A stretch of 56,372 bases of DNA from a virus. Taxonomy: Duplodnaviria > Caudoviricetes. The DNA is taken from the IMG/VR virus record IMGVR_UViG_3300044641_005442, positions 1 through 56,372 of that record. The stretch is one strand, 5' to 3'. A model generated the notes under the pieces. That model was not told where the DNA came from, made no database searches, and saw only the letters and a program-made list of their open reading frames with translations. Below, one piece after another: positions 1 through 9,506 of the stretch (position 1 is the first letter of the stretch; each line of letters opens with the position of its first letter). A program made the translations under genes and the position numbers.

Positions 1-182
1 ACTTTTTCTTTATAATTTGTACTATCATTTATTAATGTATACTCTTGATTTCTTTTTTCAAACTCTTCTATAATCCATGTTAATGTGTTTTCGATTCCAC
101 CCCACCCATTTAATCCTGGAACTGGAATTGGAAGGGTACCGGGTCCAACTAACACTATATTTTTATTTATTGTACTTAACAT
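1..182 (-). CDS. Glycosyltransferase, GT4-like N-terminus (runs off window start)
   Basis: Manual translation from ATG at 182: MLSTINKNIVLVGPGTLPIPVPGLNGWGGIENTLTWIIEEF..., the typical GT4 N-terminal 'PIP..GWGGIE' motif; not in the ORF track. Confidence 0.7.
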   Translation of the reverse strand, partial: MLSTINKNIVLVGPGTLPIPVPGLNGWGGIENTLTWIIEEFEKRNQEYTLINDSTNYKEK

Positions 183-197
183 TATATTATTTCACAA

Positions 198-205
198 TAT
201 TTATA
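198..205 (-). promoter_or_regulatory. T4-type late promoter TATAAATA
   Basis: Exact TATAAATA on the minus strand just upstream of the ATG at 182. Confidence 0.6.
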
Positions 206-207
206 TA

Positions 208-1110
208 TTAATATTGAGTTTTTATCCACTCTAAAATATGTGTTGTTGGTACCCAACCAGTTAATTTAAAAAATTTATCATATGAAGATAGATTATTTAT
301 AGCTTCTCCTTTACGCTCTTCGATACAAATAATATTATCATTAATAGATCTAGCTAAATCAATTAATTTAACAGTTTTTCCATAACCTATATTAAAGATA
401 TCTGCTTTTGTTAAAGAATCTACATTATTCCATGAATTCATACATTGTATATTTGCTTTAATAATATCTTTTACGTAGATAAAATCTCTTTCCTGTGATC
501 CATTACCTACAACAGTCAGAGCTTCATTATTTAATTTTTGTCTTAAAAATATCCCTGTAACCAATGCATATTGTCCTTTGGTTGGTGCTCGTTCTCCAAA
601 TACATTAAAATATCTCAAGATACAAGATTTTATACCATACATGTGATAATAATTTTTTAATAATAATTCAGCACAATATTTTGTAGAAGCATAAGGATTT
701 AAACAGTTTTCTTTATTATCTTCTGTAATTGGAAATTCTTCGGAGAGTCCATATATTGAAGATGTAGATGAAAATACTAAACCTTTAATATTATTAACTT
801 TACATGCTTCTAACAAATTTAAAGTTCCACCAACATTAACATCAATGGCTCTGGTTGGATTTTCAATAGCATTTTGCAAACGAGATTCTGCAGCTAAATG
901 AAAACAAAATTCACAACCTTTAGATATATTAATTAATTTATTTTGATCACAAATACTTACTTTATGATATAAAACTTTATCATTAAAATAAAATTTTTCA
1001 TTATTTGCCGAACAATCATCTATTACAATAACTTCATGTTGTAATTCAACTAAAGCATCTACTAAATGACTACCAATAAATCCACATCCACCAGTTACTA
1101 AAATTTTCAT
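208..1110 (-). CDS. NAD-dependent sugar epimerase/dehydratase (extended SDR)
   Basis: TGGCGFIGSH Rossmann motif, YASTK (YxxxK), RYFNVFG, RDFIYVKD. Confidence 0.93.
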   Translation of the reverse strand: MKILVTGGCGFIGSHLVDALVELQHEVIVIDDCSANNEKFYFNDKVLYHKVSICDQNKLINISKGCEFCFHLAAESRLQNAIENPTRAIDVNVGGTLNLLEACKVNNIKGLVFSSTSSIYGLSEEFPITEDNKENCLNPYASTKYCAELLLKNYYHMYGIKSCILRYFNVFGERAPTKGQYALVTGIFLRQKLNNEALTVVGNGSQERDFIYVKDIIKANIQCMNSWNNVDSLTKADIFNIGYGKTVKLIDLARSINDNIICIEERKGEAINNLSSYDKFFKLTGWVPTTHILEWIKTQY

Positions 1111-1823
1111 TTTATAAATTCCATATATGATTCTGCAATTTTCTTTTTAAGATCGGTAGTTGAATATCCATGTGATCTATCAGTATATATAATCTTTATA
1201 GGAAGATAATCGGCAGTAAATTGTTTATTTTTATAGTCATCACCTAAAAACCTAATATCAAAAGAAAATAATTTTAATTTTATTAAAAGATCATTTTCAT
1301 TCGTGTATGAAATAACTTCATCAATATACCTAATAGATTTTAATATTTCAATCCGTTCTTCTAAAGAATGAATAGGTTTCATTTTATTACGTTCAAGTGA
1401 GGGATTATCATGTAAAAATACTGTAAGATGATTGCAGTTGTCTTTGCAAAATTTAAATAACTTACAATATCCTGGATGAATCAAATCAAATGCTCCAGCA
1501 ACTACACCGCGAGTTTTGGAGAATGATTGTCTCCAATCAACTGCATTAATTGCTTTATCATCAATAATGACATCATAAGTAGGCTTACGATTCATTATTA
1601 GTTCATCGTGTGATATTTTCCATTCTTTTAATTGTTCTTTAGTTAATAAAGTCCAATCTTTACCGCTACTAGATCCTCTTCCAGTAAATATAAGAATTTT
1701 ATTACCAAGAAATGAAAGCCTATTGACTTCTTCAATAGCTTCATGTATAGGGGTTGCGGTTGCATAATCCCCATTAATGGCTTTAGTACATAACGTTTCG
1801 TCTAAATCAAAACAATATATCAT
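1107..1823 (-). CDS. Fusion of HAD-family phosphatase and HxGH-type cytidylyltransferase-like nucleotidyltransferase
   Basis: N-terminal FDLDETL (DxDxT), TGR, KP...IDDK; C-terminal GAFDLIHPGY, ER.EIL..I.YIDEV, GDDY, YSTT. Confidence 0.85.
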   Translation of the reverse strand: MIYCFDLDETLCTKAINGDYATATPIHEAIEEVNRLSFLGNKILIFTGRGSSSGKDWTLLTKEQLKEWKISHDELIMNRKPTYDVIIDDKAINAVDWRQSFSKTRGVVAGAFDLIHPGYCKLFKFCKDNCNHLTVFLHDNPSLERNKMKPIHSLEERIEILKSIRYIDEVISYTNENDLLIKLKLFSFDIRFLGDDYKNKQFTADYLPIKIIYTDRSHGYSTTDLKKKIAESYMEFIK

Positions 1824-2332
1824 TATATTACCGAATGTAAAATGATCTCATGAACACATTCAACAACACCATAATCAGTGGAATCAACCCAAAAATCTAT
1901 AAGTGCATTATTTTTAAAAAGTGTACGCAATTGATTATTTGGGTTAAAACCAGATAATATAATATAATTTATATTATGCTTTTGACAATACAAAGCCGAA
2001 TTTAAAATATTTTTAGAATTTCCAGATGAGCTAATTAAAATAACTAAACTATCTGGTGTTGAAAACTCCTCAAGATATTGTGAAAAAGTATTTTCATAAC
2101 CATAATCATTTGCATAACATGTCAGCCTAGCACCATCGGTAAATGCAATACCACGTTTCTTTAATGCTTTAGTATAGTCTTCTGCCATGTGAGCTGAAAT
2201 TGCATTACTTCCACCATTGCCTAATATTATAATTTCTGAATTATTTTCTAATATAATTTTTTTTAAATATTCTAAATTATCAGTATTTAAATTATGTAAA
2301 GCAGCATTAATATTTGATATAAATTTATTCAT
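1823..2332 (-). CDS. gmhA: Phosphoheptose isomerase (SIS domain)
   Basis: GNGGSNAISAH, ANDYG, ISSSGNS.N, E..HE motifs. Confidence 0.88.
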   Translation of the reverse strand: MNKFISNINAALHNLNTDNLEYLKKIILENNSEIIILGNGGSNAISAHMAEDYTKALKKRGIAFTDGARLTCYANDYGYENTFSQYLEEFSTPDSLVILISSSGNSKNILNSALYCQKHNINYIILSGFNPNNQLRTLFKNNALIDFWVDSTDYGVVECVHEIILHSVI

Positions 2333-3279
2333 ATAACTCGTTGCACTCCTGTATTACTTAGTGTTAACTTAAAAAATTTACTGTCTAAAGGGGGCTTATC
2401 TGAAGGGAAAAAGCATAAAAAGAATCCACCATTTCCTGCACCACATAATTTGTGTGTAACACAGTTAGGATAACTAGATAAATACTCATCCATATCTTTT
2501 ATAATTTGATCTTTTAAAACGTCCTTGGATGATTTTTTCTTTTCTTTCCATCCTTCAGAGATGGTAGATAAAAACTTTTCATATGAACCATTTAAAATAA
2601 ATTGTTCAGATTCTTCTACTAACGGATTAAAAACATCTGTATCTGGAACAGAAATTGATTTTAATATATCGGTTGAATTTCTTGTAAGTCCAGTAAATAA
2701 AAGATATGGTGTAAAATATGTAAAAAATTGTGTTGGTAAAAAAGTATATTTTGGTAATCCATTTTGTGTAAATTCAATTTTTTTAAATCCACCAATACAG
2801 CAACCAAATACATCTTGTTGTCCTAACAATGGGTTTGCTATTTTTTCCATATAATGAGATTTAACAGCACATTCAATATCAGAAATGGGTTCATTTTTAA
2901 ATTCTGATATAGCTTTAGATATAGCACACGAATAAGATGAAGATGAAGCTAAACCTGATCCATGTGAAAATACATCACTAGTAAGATGTATAGAACACGG
3001 ATCTACATTTTCTTTTTCAAAAAATATTTGAACTAATTTATTTTGTATTTGTGAAATAGAATCTACTTCTTCTCGCACTGAATAATTTACAATATATTTT
3101 TGATTTAAAGAATTTTTACCTATTAAATCTTTATATATAGAAACATACGTATAAATTTTTGGAGTAAAAGATATTACAGATCCTTTTTTATGTTTGGATA
3201 TATAAGAATCAATATCACTTGATCCACCGATTAATGAAATACGAACCGGGCATTTTACTGTAATCATATAGCAATCCAA
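2329..3279 (-). CDS. hddA: GHMP kinase, D-glycero-alpha-D-manno-heptose-7-phosphate kinase-like
   Basis: PVRISLIGGSSD, GSGLASSS, GQQD, KLCGAGNGGF; adjacent to gmhA. True start may be the ATG at 3267. Confidence 0.85.
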   Translation of the reverse strand: MDCYMITVKCPVRISLIGGSSDIDSYISKHKKGSVISFTPKIYTYVSIYKDLIGKNSLNQKYIVNYSVREEVDSISQIQNKLVQIFFEKENVDPCSIHLTSDVFSHGSGLASSSSYSCAISKAISEFKNEPISDIECAVKSHYMEKIANPLLGQQDVFGCCIGGFKKIEFTQNGLPKYTFLPTQFFTYFTPYLLFTGLTRNSTDILKSISVPDTDVFNPLVEESEQFILNGSYEKFLSTISEGWKEKKKSSKDVLKDQIIKDMDEYLSSYPNCVTHKLCGAGNGGFFLCFFPSDKPPLDSKFFKLTLSNTGVQRVI

Positions 3280-4052
3280 TTTTCACAATATACATCAGAC
3301 CAATCTTTTGGCATACCTGGAGCACCACCAAACCATGTTTTAGGTGCAATTACTTTTTTACTTTTAGCTAACCATGCCCCCCACCAACTAAAAGAACTAT
3401 TTGCAATAATATGATATTCACATTTAGTCATCATGCATAAATCAATAAATTTGTCGTCCGTTCCCATCATCATAATATTACGATTTAATGGTTGCAGAAT
3501 ATTAGTTGCAAGAGGATAGTCATCACTAAATAAAATAATTTGAGTATCCAAAGGTATTTCTGAAATAGCATTTTTATAATATTCTATATCACACACTGGA
3601 TGACTATCAGAAAATTGTAAATAATCTGTTAATCTTATGTGTAAGGCAACATATTTGGTTTGTTTACCTTCTAATAATGTGTTTGTTTTATTTTCTATAG
3701 ATTCTTTAAATTTAAATTCTTTAGTAATTAAATCTTTTTTATATTTTTTAAAATATTTTTCTGTTTGAAAATATCCTCTAATATCACAATTGTCTGGAAT
3801 ATTATGAATATTTTTATCATGATTAAAATGTGGTTCTATATACATAGATCCCATAAAACTATGGGATGAATCTGAGGCTGATAAATCAAATGCATCCGGT
3901 AAACAAAAATTTAATTTATCATTATGGCTTCGTTGTTTATAGGGTACACCAATTTCATAATGTAATTCTTTACCTAAAGCATAAAGAGTAGCATACTGAA
4001 ACATTTGGTTACCAAATCTACCATTAGTTCCTATTGATTGGCATGAAATCAT
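3264..4052 (-). CDS. GT11 (alpha-1,2-fucosyltransferase family) glycosyltransferase
   Basis: GRFGNQMFQYA, GYFQ.EKYF, HIRLTDY, FSDD, IIANSSFSWWGAWL. Confidence 0.9.
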   Translation of the reverse strand: MISCQSIGTNGRFGNQMFQYATLYALGKELHYEIGVPYKQRSHNDKLNFCLPDAFDLSASDSSHSFMGSMYIEPHFNHDKNIHNIPDNCDIRGYFQTEKYFKKYKKDLITKEFKFKESIENKTNTLLEGKQTKYVALHIRLTDYLQFSDSHPVCDIEYYKNAISEIPLDTQIILFSDDYPLATNILQPLNRNIMMMGTDDKFIDLCMMTKCEYHIIANSSFSWWGAWLAKSKKVIAPKTWFGGAPGMPKDWSDVYCENWIAI

Positions 4053-4732
4053 GCTGGCACCTGTATTTCTAATTTAACATTTGGGTCTCGAACAGGAAAC
4101 TCACTATTTTTATCTACCAATGGTCTAGAGGTTACTACTTCCCATTGGTTTGCACTTTGTCTTGCATTCGCTTGAACAAAAAAAGGTTTATTTGGTGTAA
4201 TGACATTAAATCTTTCCTGGACTAAAGCACACCCATTATCAAATGGAATCTTTAATCTATAAGCAAAAATTTTAGCTATATCGGCAACAGTTTTTCTATA
4301 ATCTTTATTGAGATATAAAATTGCATGTGTTGCTAAAATTTTACCAATACGCATATAATGCTTGTCCACACGTTTGGTTATATAATGTTGATTTCCAGAA
4401 GAAATACCAAGATACACAGCATCTGTATCATCTTTTACTTCAATTTGAGGATGAAAATCTGGTGTGAATTCAGCATCATCTTCTAAAATTAGAATAGGGC
4501 AATCATATCGCATATCCTCTAAAATATCAATATGTGATTGAGCACAACCAACATAATGTTTAATTGTGTCCGGTGTCCCATGTGGTGGGGCTATTTGTAC
4601 GGCTGATTTGCGGTGGGTGTTGGAAAATCTGTGCTCACGAAATCTTTGATTCATGATTTCTGCGTTGCCAGTAGCACTGTCAAGATTAATCCATACGGTA
4701 GGTATTTGTCTTAGATCTATAATCATATTCAA
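4049..4732 (-). CDS. GT25-like glycosyltransferase
   Basis: WINLD, GCAQSH, LILEDDA motifs. Confidence 0.75.
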   Translation of the reverse strand: MNMIIDLRQIPTVWINLDSATGNAEIMNQRFREHRFSNTHRKSAVQIAPPHGTPDTIKHYVGCAQSHIDILEDMRYDCPILILEDDAEFTPDFHPQIEVKDDTDAVYLGISSGNQHYITKRVDKHYMRIGKILATHAILYLNKDYRKTVADIAKIFAYRLKIPFDNGCALVQERFNVITPNKPFFVQANARQSANQWEVVTSRPLVDKNSEFPVRDPNVKLEIQVPA

Positions 4733-4759
4733 TTTAATTTAAAGGAGACTTATAACAAT

Positions 4760-4788
4760 ATTATAACACATTTTAAATAAATAATCAA
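4760..4788 (-). promoter_or_regulatory. Sigma70-type promoter for the glycosylation cluster
   Basis: TTGATT-17-TATAAT with extended -10 TG on the minus strand. Confidence 0.5.
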
Positions 4789-4796
4789 GATATATC

Positions 4797-4825
4797 TTGA
4801 CTTTTCTTAAAGGATACTCTATAGT
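4797..4825 (+). promoter_or_regulatory. Sigma70-type promoter for uvsY
   Basis: TTGACT-17-TATAGT ending 9 nt before the ATG at 4835. Confidence 0.55.
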
Positions 4826-4834
4826 ATACTTATA

Positions 4835-5272
4835 ATGAATTTAGAAACCCTTAAAGATAACATTAAAAAAGATTCTTTAATAGACTCTACAGAGTTAGGT
4901 AAAGAAGCTATAAGGACTCCTGCTATACATGGTAAGTACTTGAATATACACGCAGACCTTAAGATAGAACTTCAAAAATTAAATAATGCATTCTTGATCA
5001 TGCGATTAAGAAAATGGAAAATTTATACTGGTCATGCAACGCAAGACGAGTTAGTTGAATGGGGTGAAGATCCATTTCAAATGAAATTATTAAAAACTGA
5101 TCTAGATAAATTTCTAGAGGCAGATCCTATATTATTAAAAATTGTAACTGATTTAAATATTCTTGAAATCAAAGTTAAGATGGTAGAAGATTTTTTAAAG
5201 GTTTTAACTAATAGAAATTTTTCCATTAAGTCTGCCATTGATTGGAATAAGCTTGTTAACGGTATCTCATGA
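4835..5272 (+). CDS. uvsY: Recombination mediator UvsY
   Basis: D..ID...L..E....P..H.KY, W..Y.G, R.F.IK.AIDW.K; directly upstream of uvsW. Confidence 0.88.
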   Translation: MNLETLKDNIKKDSLIDSTELGKEAIRTPAIHGKYLNIHADLKIELQKLNNAFLIMRLRKWKIYTGHATQDELVEWGEDPFQMKLLKTDLDKFLEADPILLKIVTDLNILEIKVKMVEDFLKVLTNRNFSIKSAIDWNKLVNGIS

Positions 5273-5289
5273 TGACATAAATAATTGTA

Positions 5290-6786
5290 GTGTATACTAT
5301 AATTGCATCAGCGGAAGACCATACAAAATATAAAATTGATTGCGAAGATTCTGTAAAAAGAGAACTTCGTTCTTATTTTTCATTTAAGGTTCCCGGTGCA
5401 GAATACATGCCCTTATACAAATCTCGTATATGGGATGGTAAAATTAAATTATATGAGATCAATAGTTCAACTCTTCCATGTGGACTCAAGTCATATCTTA
5501 AACGATTTTGTGAAGAAAGACACTATAATGTTATTTTTGATGATAAAGATGTAGATCCAATAGACATTAATTCTGAATCATTTGATGAATTTTATAAAAC
5601 TTTAAATGTCACTGTTAAAAAAGAACCTGTAATTCCACATCCCCACCAAAAAAATGCTGTCATACATGCATTAACAAATGCCCGATCTGTTGTCGTATCA
5701 CCAACGGGTAGTGGTAAGTCGCTTATCATTTATTTGATAATTCGATACCTATTACGATATTGTCTAAAGGCTCCCAAGAAAATTTTATTATTAGTCCCCA
5801 CTGTTGGTTTGGTTCAGCAGATGGAAGCAGACTTCTTTGATTATTCAAAAAATGATAAATCTTGGTCTGTAACAAAATTTGTACATAAAATCAGTGCTGG
5901 TAAGGAAAAATTAACAGATAAGCCAGTTGTCGTATCTACATGGCAGTCTGTGTACAAACTTCCAAAAGAATGGTTCGATCAGTTCGAGGCTGTAATTTTT
6001 GATGAGTGTCATCTTGTAAAAGCAGACTCTTTGGTCAATATTGGTAAAAAACTGACAAAGGCTTGGTTTAGGCTCGGGACTACAGGTACGCTGGATCAGA
6101 CCTTGGCACATAAACTCTCAATAGAGGGCACGCTAGGGCCATCTGTACAGTTTATAACAACAAGGGGGCTAATCAGTAAGGGAGTACTGGCAAAGCTTGG
6201 GATAGACTGTATTGTTTTGGATTATGATGACCAAACTCGACATAGAGTCAAAAAATTAAAATATCAAGACGAAATGGCTTATTTGGTTGAAAATTCAAAA
6301 CGCAATGATTTTATTGTAAAATTGTGTGGAGAAACTCAAGGTAATACATTAGTTCTTTTTAACTATGTTGAAAAGCACGGTAAACCACTTTATGAATTAA
6401 TTCAAAAACAATACCCAGAAAAGAAAGTATACTTCATTTCGGGTAAAGTCGATGCAGAAAATAGAGAATTTATTCGAAAGATAATAGACAAAGAAAAAAA
6501 TGCCATTCTTGTTGCCTCTTTTGGTACTACGAGCACGGGTATTAATATCGTACATCTCGATAATATTATCTTTGCATCACCTACAAAATCAGTGATACGC
6601 TTGTTACAGAGTATTGGGCGTGGATTAAGAACATCTGCAATCAAACAAACACTCAAGGTGTTTGATATTGTCGATGATATGTCATGGAAAAGTTATAAAA
6701 ATCATGTGCTGAAACATTTTGAACAACGCATTAAAATATACAAAAAAGAAAAGTTTGATCATAAAGTTTTTAAGATCAAAATATAA
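5290..6786 (+). CDS. uvsW: DNA helicase UvsW (SF2)
   Basis: FSF.VPGA.YMP.Y....WDGKI, SPTGSGKS, DECH, GTTGT, LQSIGRGLR. Confidence 0.95.
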   Translation: MYTIIASAEDHTKYKIDCEDSVKRELRSYFSFKVPGAEYMPLYKSRIWDGKIKLYEINSSTLPCGLKSYLKRFCEERHYNVIFDDKDVDPIDINSESFDEFYKTLNVTVKKEPVIPHPHQKNAVIHALTNARSVVVSPTGSGKSLIIYLIIRYLLRYCLKAPKKILLLVPTVGLVQQMEADFFDYSKNDKSWSVTKFVHKISAGKEKLTDKPVVVSTWQSVYKLPKEWFDQFEAVIFDECHLVKADSLVNIGKKLTKAWFRLGTTGTLDQTLAHKLSIEGTLGPSVQFITTRGLISKGVLAKLGIDCIVLDYDDQTRHRVKKLKYQDEMAYLVENSKRNDFIVKLCGETQGNTLVLFNYVEKHGKPLYELIQKQYPEKKVYFISGKVDAENREFIRKIIDKEKNAILVASFGTTSTGINIVHLDNIIFASPTKSVIRLLQSIGRGLRTSAIKQTLKVFDIVDDMSWKSYKNHVLKHFEQRIKIYKKEKFDHKVFKIKI

Positions 6787-6822
6787 AAACTTCTTTTGGA
6801 TAAATAGTATTGAGGAGGAAGC

Positions 6823-7461
6823 ATGGAAGAACAAAATCCTAAAGCTTCATCGTCTATAAAAGTTATTAAACTCTCTAGTGGTGAAGAGTTGATATCAATG
6901 GTGGATGAATCACCAGACGAAGTCGTTCTCTCAAACCCGGCTAAAATTGTCTTTTATACAACATCAACTCCAGATGGTGAGGTTATTGAATGCTTGCGTG
7001 TTACTTCTTACTTGGCTAACATCAAAGAAACTTCGATTACTATTTTAATGAAACATGTTATATATCTGTCAGAACCATCTGATGATATTCTCAATATGTA
7101 CAATTCATATTTGGAGTTTATGAATGGTTTAAAAGATGATGTTATATTAGCAGAAATAGAACCAGATCATGACAACATGGATGTTGCTTGGGCACTATTT
7201 TCAGATCCACAATTTATTGATTTTGTACAAGAAATTTATGAAGAACATCTTCAAGATTCAGAAATTGATGAAGAAGAAGATAGAGAAGAACCATCTGAAG
7301 AATTGTTTGATTCATTAAATGCTGAATGGGAAAAGGCAATTAATGAAAATAGAAAGAAAAGAAAATACAAAAAGGAAGAGTTAAAACTACCTTATATTCC
7401 CGACAACGAAGCATCAGATCCACAGAGTTGGTCTGATAATCCAGAAGACTATCTAACATGA
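6823..7461 (+). CDS. Sm-like-fold phage protein with acidic C-terminus
   Basis: IKVIKLSSGEELIS...LSNP motif typical of the small protein downstream of uvsW in T4-like phages. Confidence 0.55.
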   Translation: MEEQNPKASSSIKVIKLSSGEELISMVDESPDEVVLSNPAKIVFYTTSTPDGEVIECLRVTSYLANIKETSITILMKHVIYLSEPSDDILNMYNSYLEFMNGLKDDVILAEIEPDHDNMDVAWALFSDPQFIDFVQEIYEEHLQDSEIDEEEDREEPSEELFDSLNAEWEKAINENRKKRKYKKEELKLPYIPDNEASDPQSWSDNPEDYLT

Positions 7462-7937
7462 CAAACATCAATCCGTTATTATCAAATTGTTACAAATTTA
7501 TTATAGACAGAGGAGATAGTAAACTTGAATTGTTTGGTCAAACTATTTCTTTACCCGGTATTCAATTAAGTGTAAGCCAACAACCCACTACTCTTGGTGT
7601 TCAAATTCCAGTTGCTACAAATACATTTACATTTGAATCACTTGTTCTTGAATTCATAGTAGATGAAAACATCGAAAACTGGAAAAGCATATATGATTGG
7701 ATGTCATCTATCGGTAATATTTCTAACGATACAGACAATGAAATGTATAGGACATGGGCAACAACTGCATATCTACAAGTTCTTGGGTCTAATTATTATC
7801 CAATCAACAAAACTGCAGTATTTTATTATGTAATTCCAACTGCATTAAGTGCACTTACTTTCAGATCTGATCTTGGTGATAGTACACCAATAAAAGCAAG
7901 AGTTACATTTGCCTATTCATATTACGATTTTGATTAA
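7458..7937 (+). CDS. gp3: Tail tube terminator / tail completion protein gp3
   Basis: Q.ISLPGI, L.LEFIVDE..ENW..IYDWM, P..LS.L.F, VTF.Y. Confidence 0.85.
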   Translation: MTNINPLLSNCYKFIIDRGDSKLELFGQTISLPGIQLSVSQQPTTLGVQIPVATNTFTFESLVLEFIVDENIENWKSIYDWMSSIGNISNDTDNEMYRTWATTAYLQVLGSNYYPINKTAVFYYVIPTALSALTFRSDLGDSTPIKARVTFAYSYYDFD

Positions 7938-7961
7938 TTTTTAAAAACATATAAACCAATG

Positions 7962-7994
7962 AAAAACCCTCGGGTGTTTAGCCCGAGGGTTTTT
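7962..7994. terminator. Bidirectional intrinsic terminator between gp3 and gp23
   Basis: AAAAACCCTCGGG-tgtttag-CCCGAGGGTTTTT perfect inverted repeat with A/T tails between convergent genes. Confidence 0.88.
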
Positions 7995-8017
7995 GTTTAT
8001 AAACTCTATCCTACGTA

Positions 8018-9466
8018 TTAACTACCGTAGGTGTTACCATGCAGACCATTGACGCGGGTGAGACGGTAGTACTGATTAGCACCAGATTGGTTAGAGAAAT
8101 CTGAACCATATGGAGTACCATCTGACTTGAGAACGTATGGGTTAGCAACCATACCGTAACGTGTCTTAAACGCGATACGAGGTTGGAAAGTACCAGGATC
8201 AATAGCTCTCATCATTTGGAGTGGAACGTATGGGCAGTAGAATACACCTGCATCATACGGAGACTCACCCTTATAACCAACGCAGAAGAAGTTTACGCCA
8301 AGCAGTGAATACGGATCAATGTAAACTTTCAGCTTGCCGTTAAGTAGACCAGCAAAAGTGCTGCCGGTATCATCAACTGCGAGTTGGGTATTAATGGCTG
8401 GTGAGAGATTCAAGAAGCCTGACATGGCGAGTGCACTGGCGACATCGGAAGATACGATGACGAAGTTACCCTTACCACGACGGGTTTCCTTGGAGATGGC
8501 ATTGCATTCACGTTCAATCTGGAAGACCAGACCACGGAAACGTTCAGCAGACCAACGACCATCTGAATCTAGATCCAGATTGTAGGTACCAGCAGCAGTA
8601 ATATCAGTTTGCTGTGAACCAGTCTTAGCAACCCAGTAGATGGAACGGACGATTTCGCGATTAATTTCAGCAAGAATTTCAGTGCTAAGAAGATTTGCGA
8701 GTTCGGCTTCAGCGTCAAGACCGTGAACAGCCTTAAGATCTTGTGCCAATTCGACTGTGTACCCTGCACTCAGTGCACGGCTACCGGCTGCGACAGCAAC
8801 ACGGTCAATCGTAAAGGACATCTTATTCATGACGTTGGTTGTAGTTCCAGCATAATCCAGGTTTTCGCCTGATGCAGTTAACATTGCTCTCATTGAGTCA
8901 AAGTTTTTCTGATCTTTGGCAGCTTGGAAGTTACCAGCGTTAGGATATGCAATACCAGAGGTGGTTCCGTATGGATTTACACCAATGTTAGATGCAGATG
9001 TACCACCGGCTGAGGTGAAACCAGCTGAAGGGCCAGAAATACCAGAGAAACGAGGATCTGGTTCCTGGAATTGGGCTTCATTGCCAACGCCTGTAGCAGA
9101 ACTATCGCCGTACTTGGCACGCATCGCAAAGATGAGTCCAGTTGGGGCAGTCATTGGTTGTACGCCGCAAATGTCATATGCCATCAAATTCGGCATAGCA
9201 CGACGAACAAGACTGATAAGAATCGGATCGTAACCACGGACACCACCTTGGGCGGTACCAGCGACTACACCACCAATATCAGATCCTGTTGCCATACCGG
9301 CTTCAGTTAGATATTGGTCGCGCATGTTCTGCTCTTGATTCTCAAGTAGAACTGCGGTAACTTTGGTTTTCCATTCATTGCCAATTGAAGGAAGTGCCTC
9401 GTGCTTAAGCACGGGATTCCATTTTTCAGTTAAAATATCATACGGGGTTTCATCTCGGTAACTCAT
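8018..9466 (-). CDS. gp23: Major capsid protein gp23
   Basis: LLENQ, LVRRAMPNLMAYDICGVQPMTAPTGLIFAMR, ELAQDLKAVHGLDAEAEL, YCPYVPL, FKTRYG. Confidence 0.98.
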   Translation of the reverse strand: MSYRDETPYDILTEKWNPVLKHEALPSIGNEWKTKVTAVLLENQEQNMRDQYLTEAGMATGSDIGGVVAGTAQGGVRGYDPILISLVRRAMPNLMAYDICGVQPMTAPTGLIFAMRAKYGDSSATGVGNEAQFQEPDPRFSGISGPSAGFTSAGGTSASNIGVNPYGTTSGIAYPNAGNFQAAKDQKNFDSMRAMLTASGENLDYAGTTTNVMNKMSFTIDRVAVAAGSRALSAGYTVELAQDLKAVHGLDAEAELANLLSTEILAEINREIVRSIYWVAKTGSQQTDITAAGTYNLDLDSDGRWSAERFRGLVFQIERECNAISKETRRGKGNFVIVSSDVASALAMSGFLNLSPAINTQLAVDDTGSTFAGLLNGKLKVYIDPYSLLGVNFFCVGYKGESPYDAGVFYCPYVPLQMMRAIDPGTFQPRIAFKTRYGMVANPYVLKSDGTPYGSDFSNQSGANQYYRLTRVNGLHGNTYGS

Positions 9467-9506
9467 TTTATTAGTATCTCCTGTGGATTAAAATTATTTA
9501 GTAAAT

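Noticed and set aside
8011-9310. Short ORFs overlapping gp23
   Set aside because: Antisense or out-of-frame shadows of a strongly codon-biased gene
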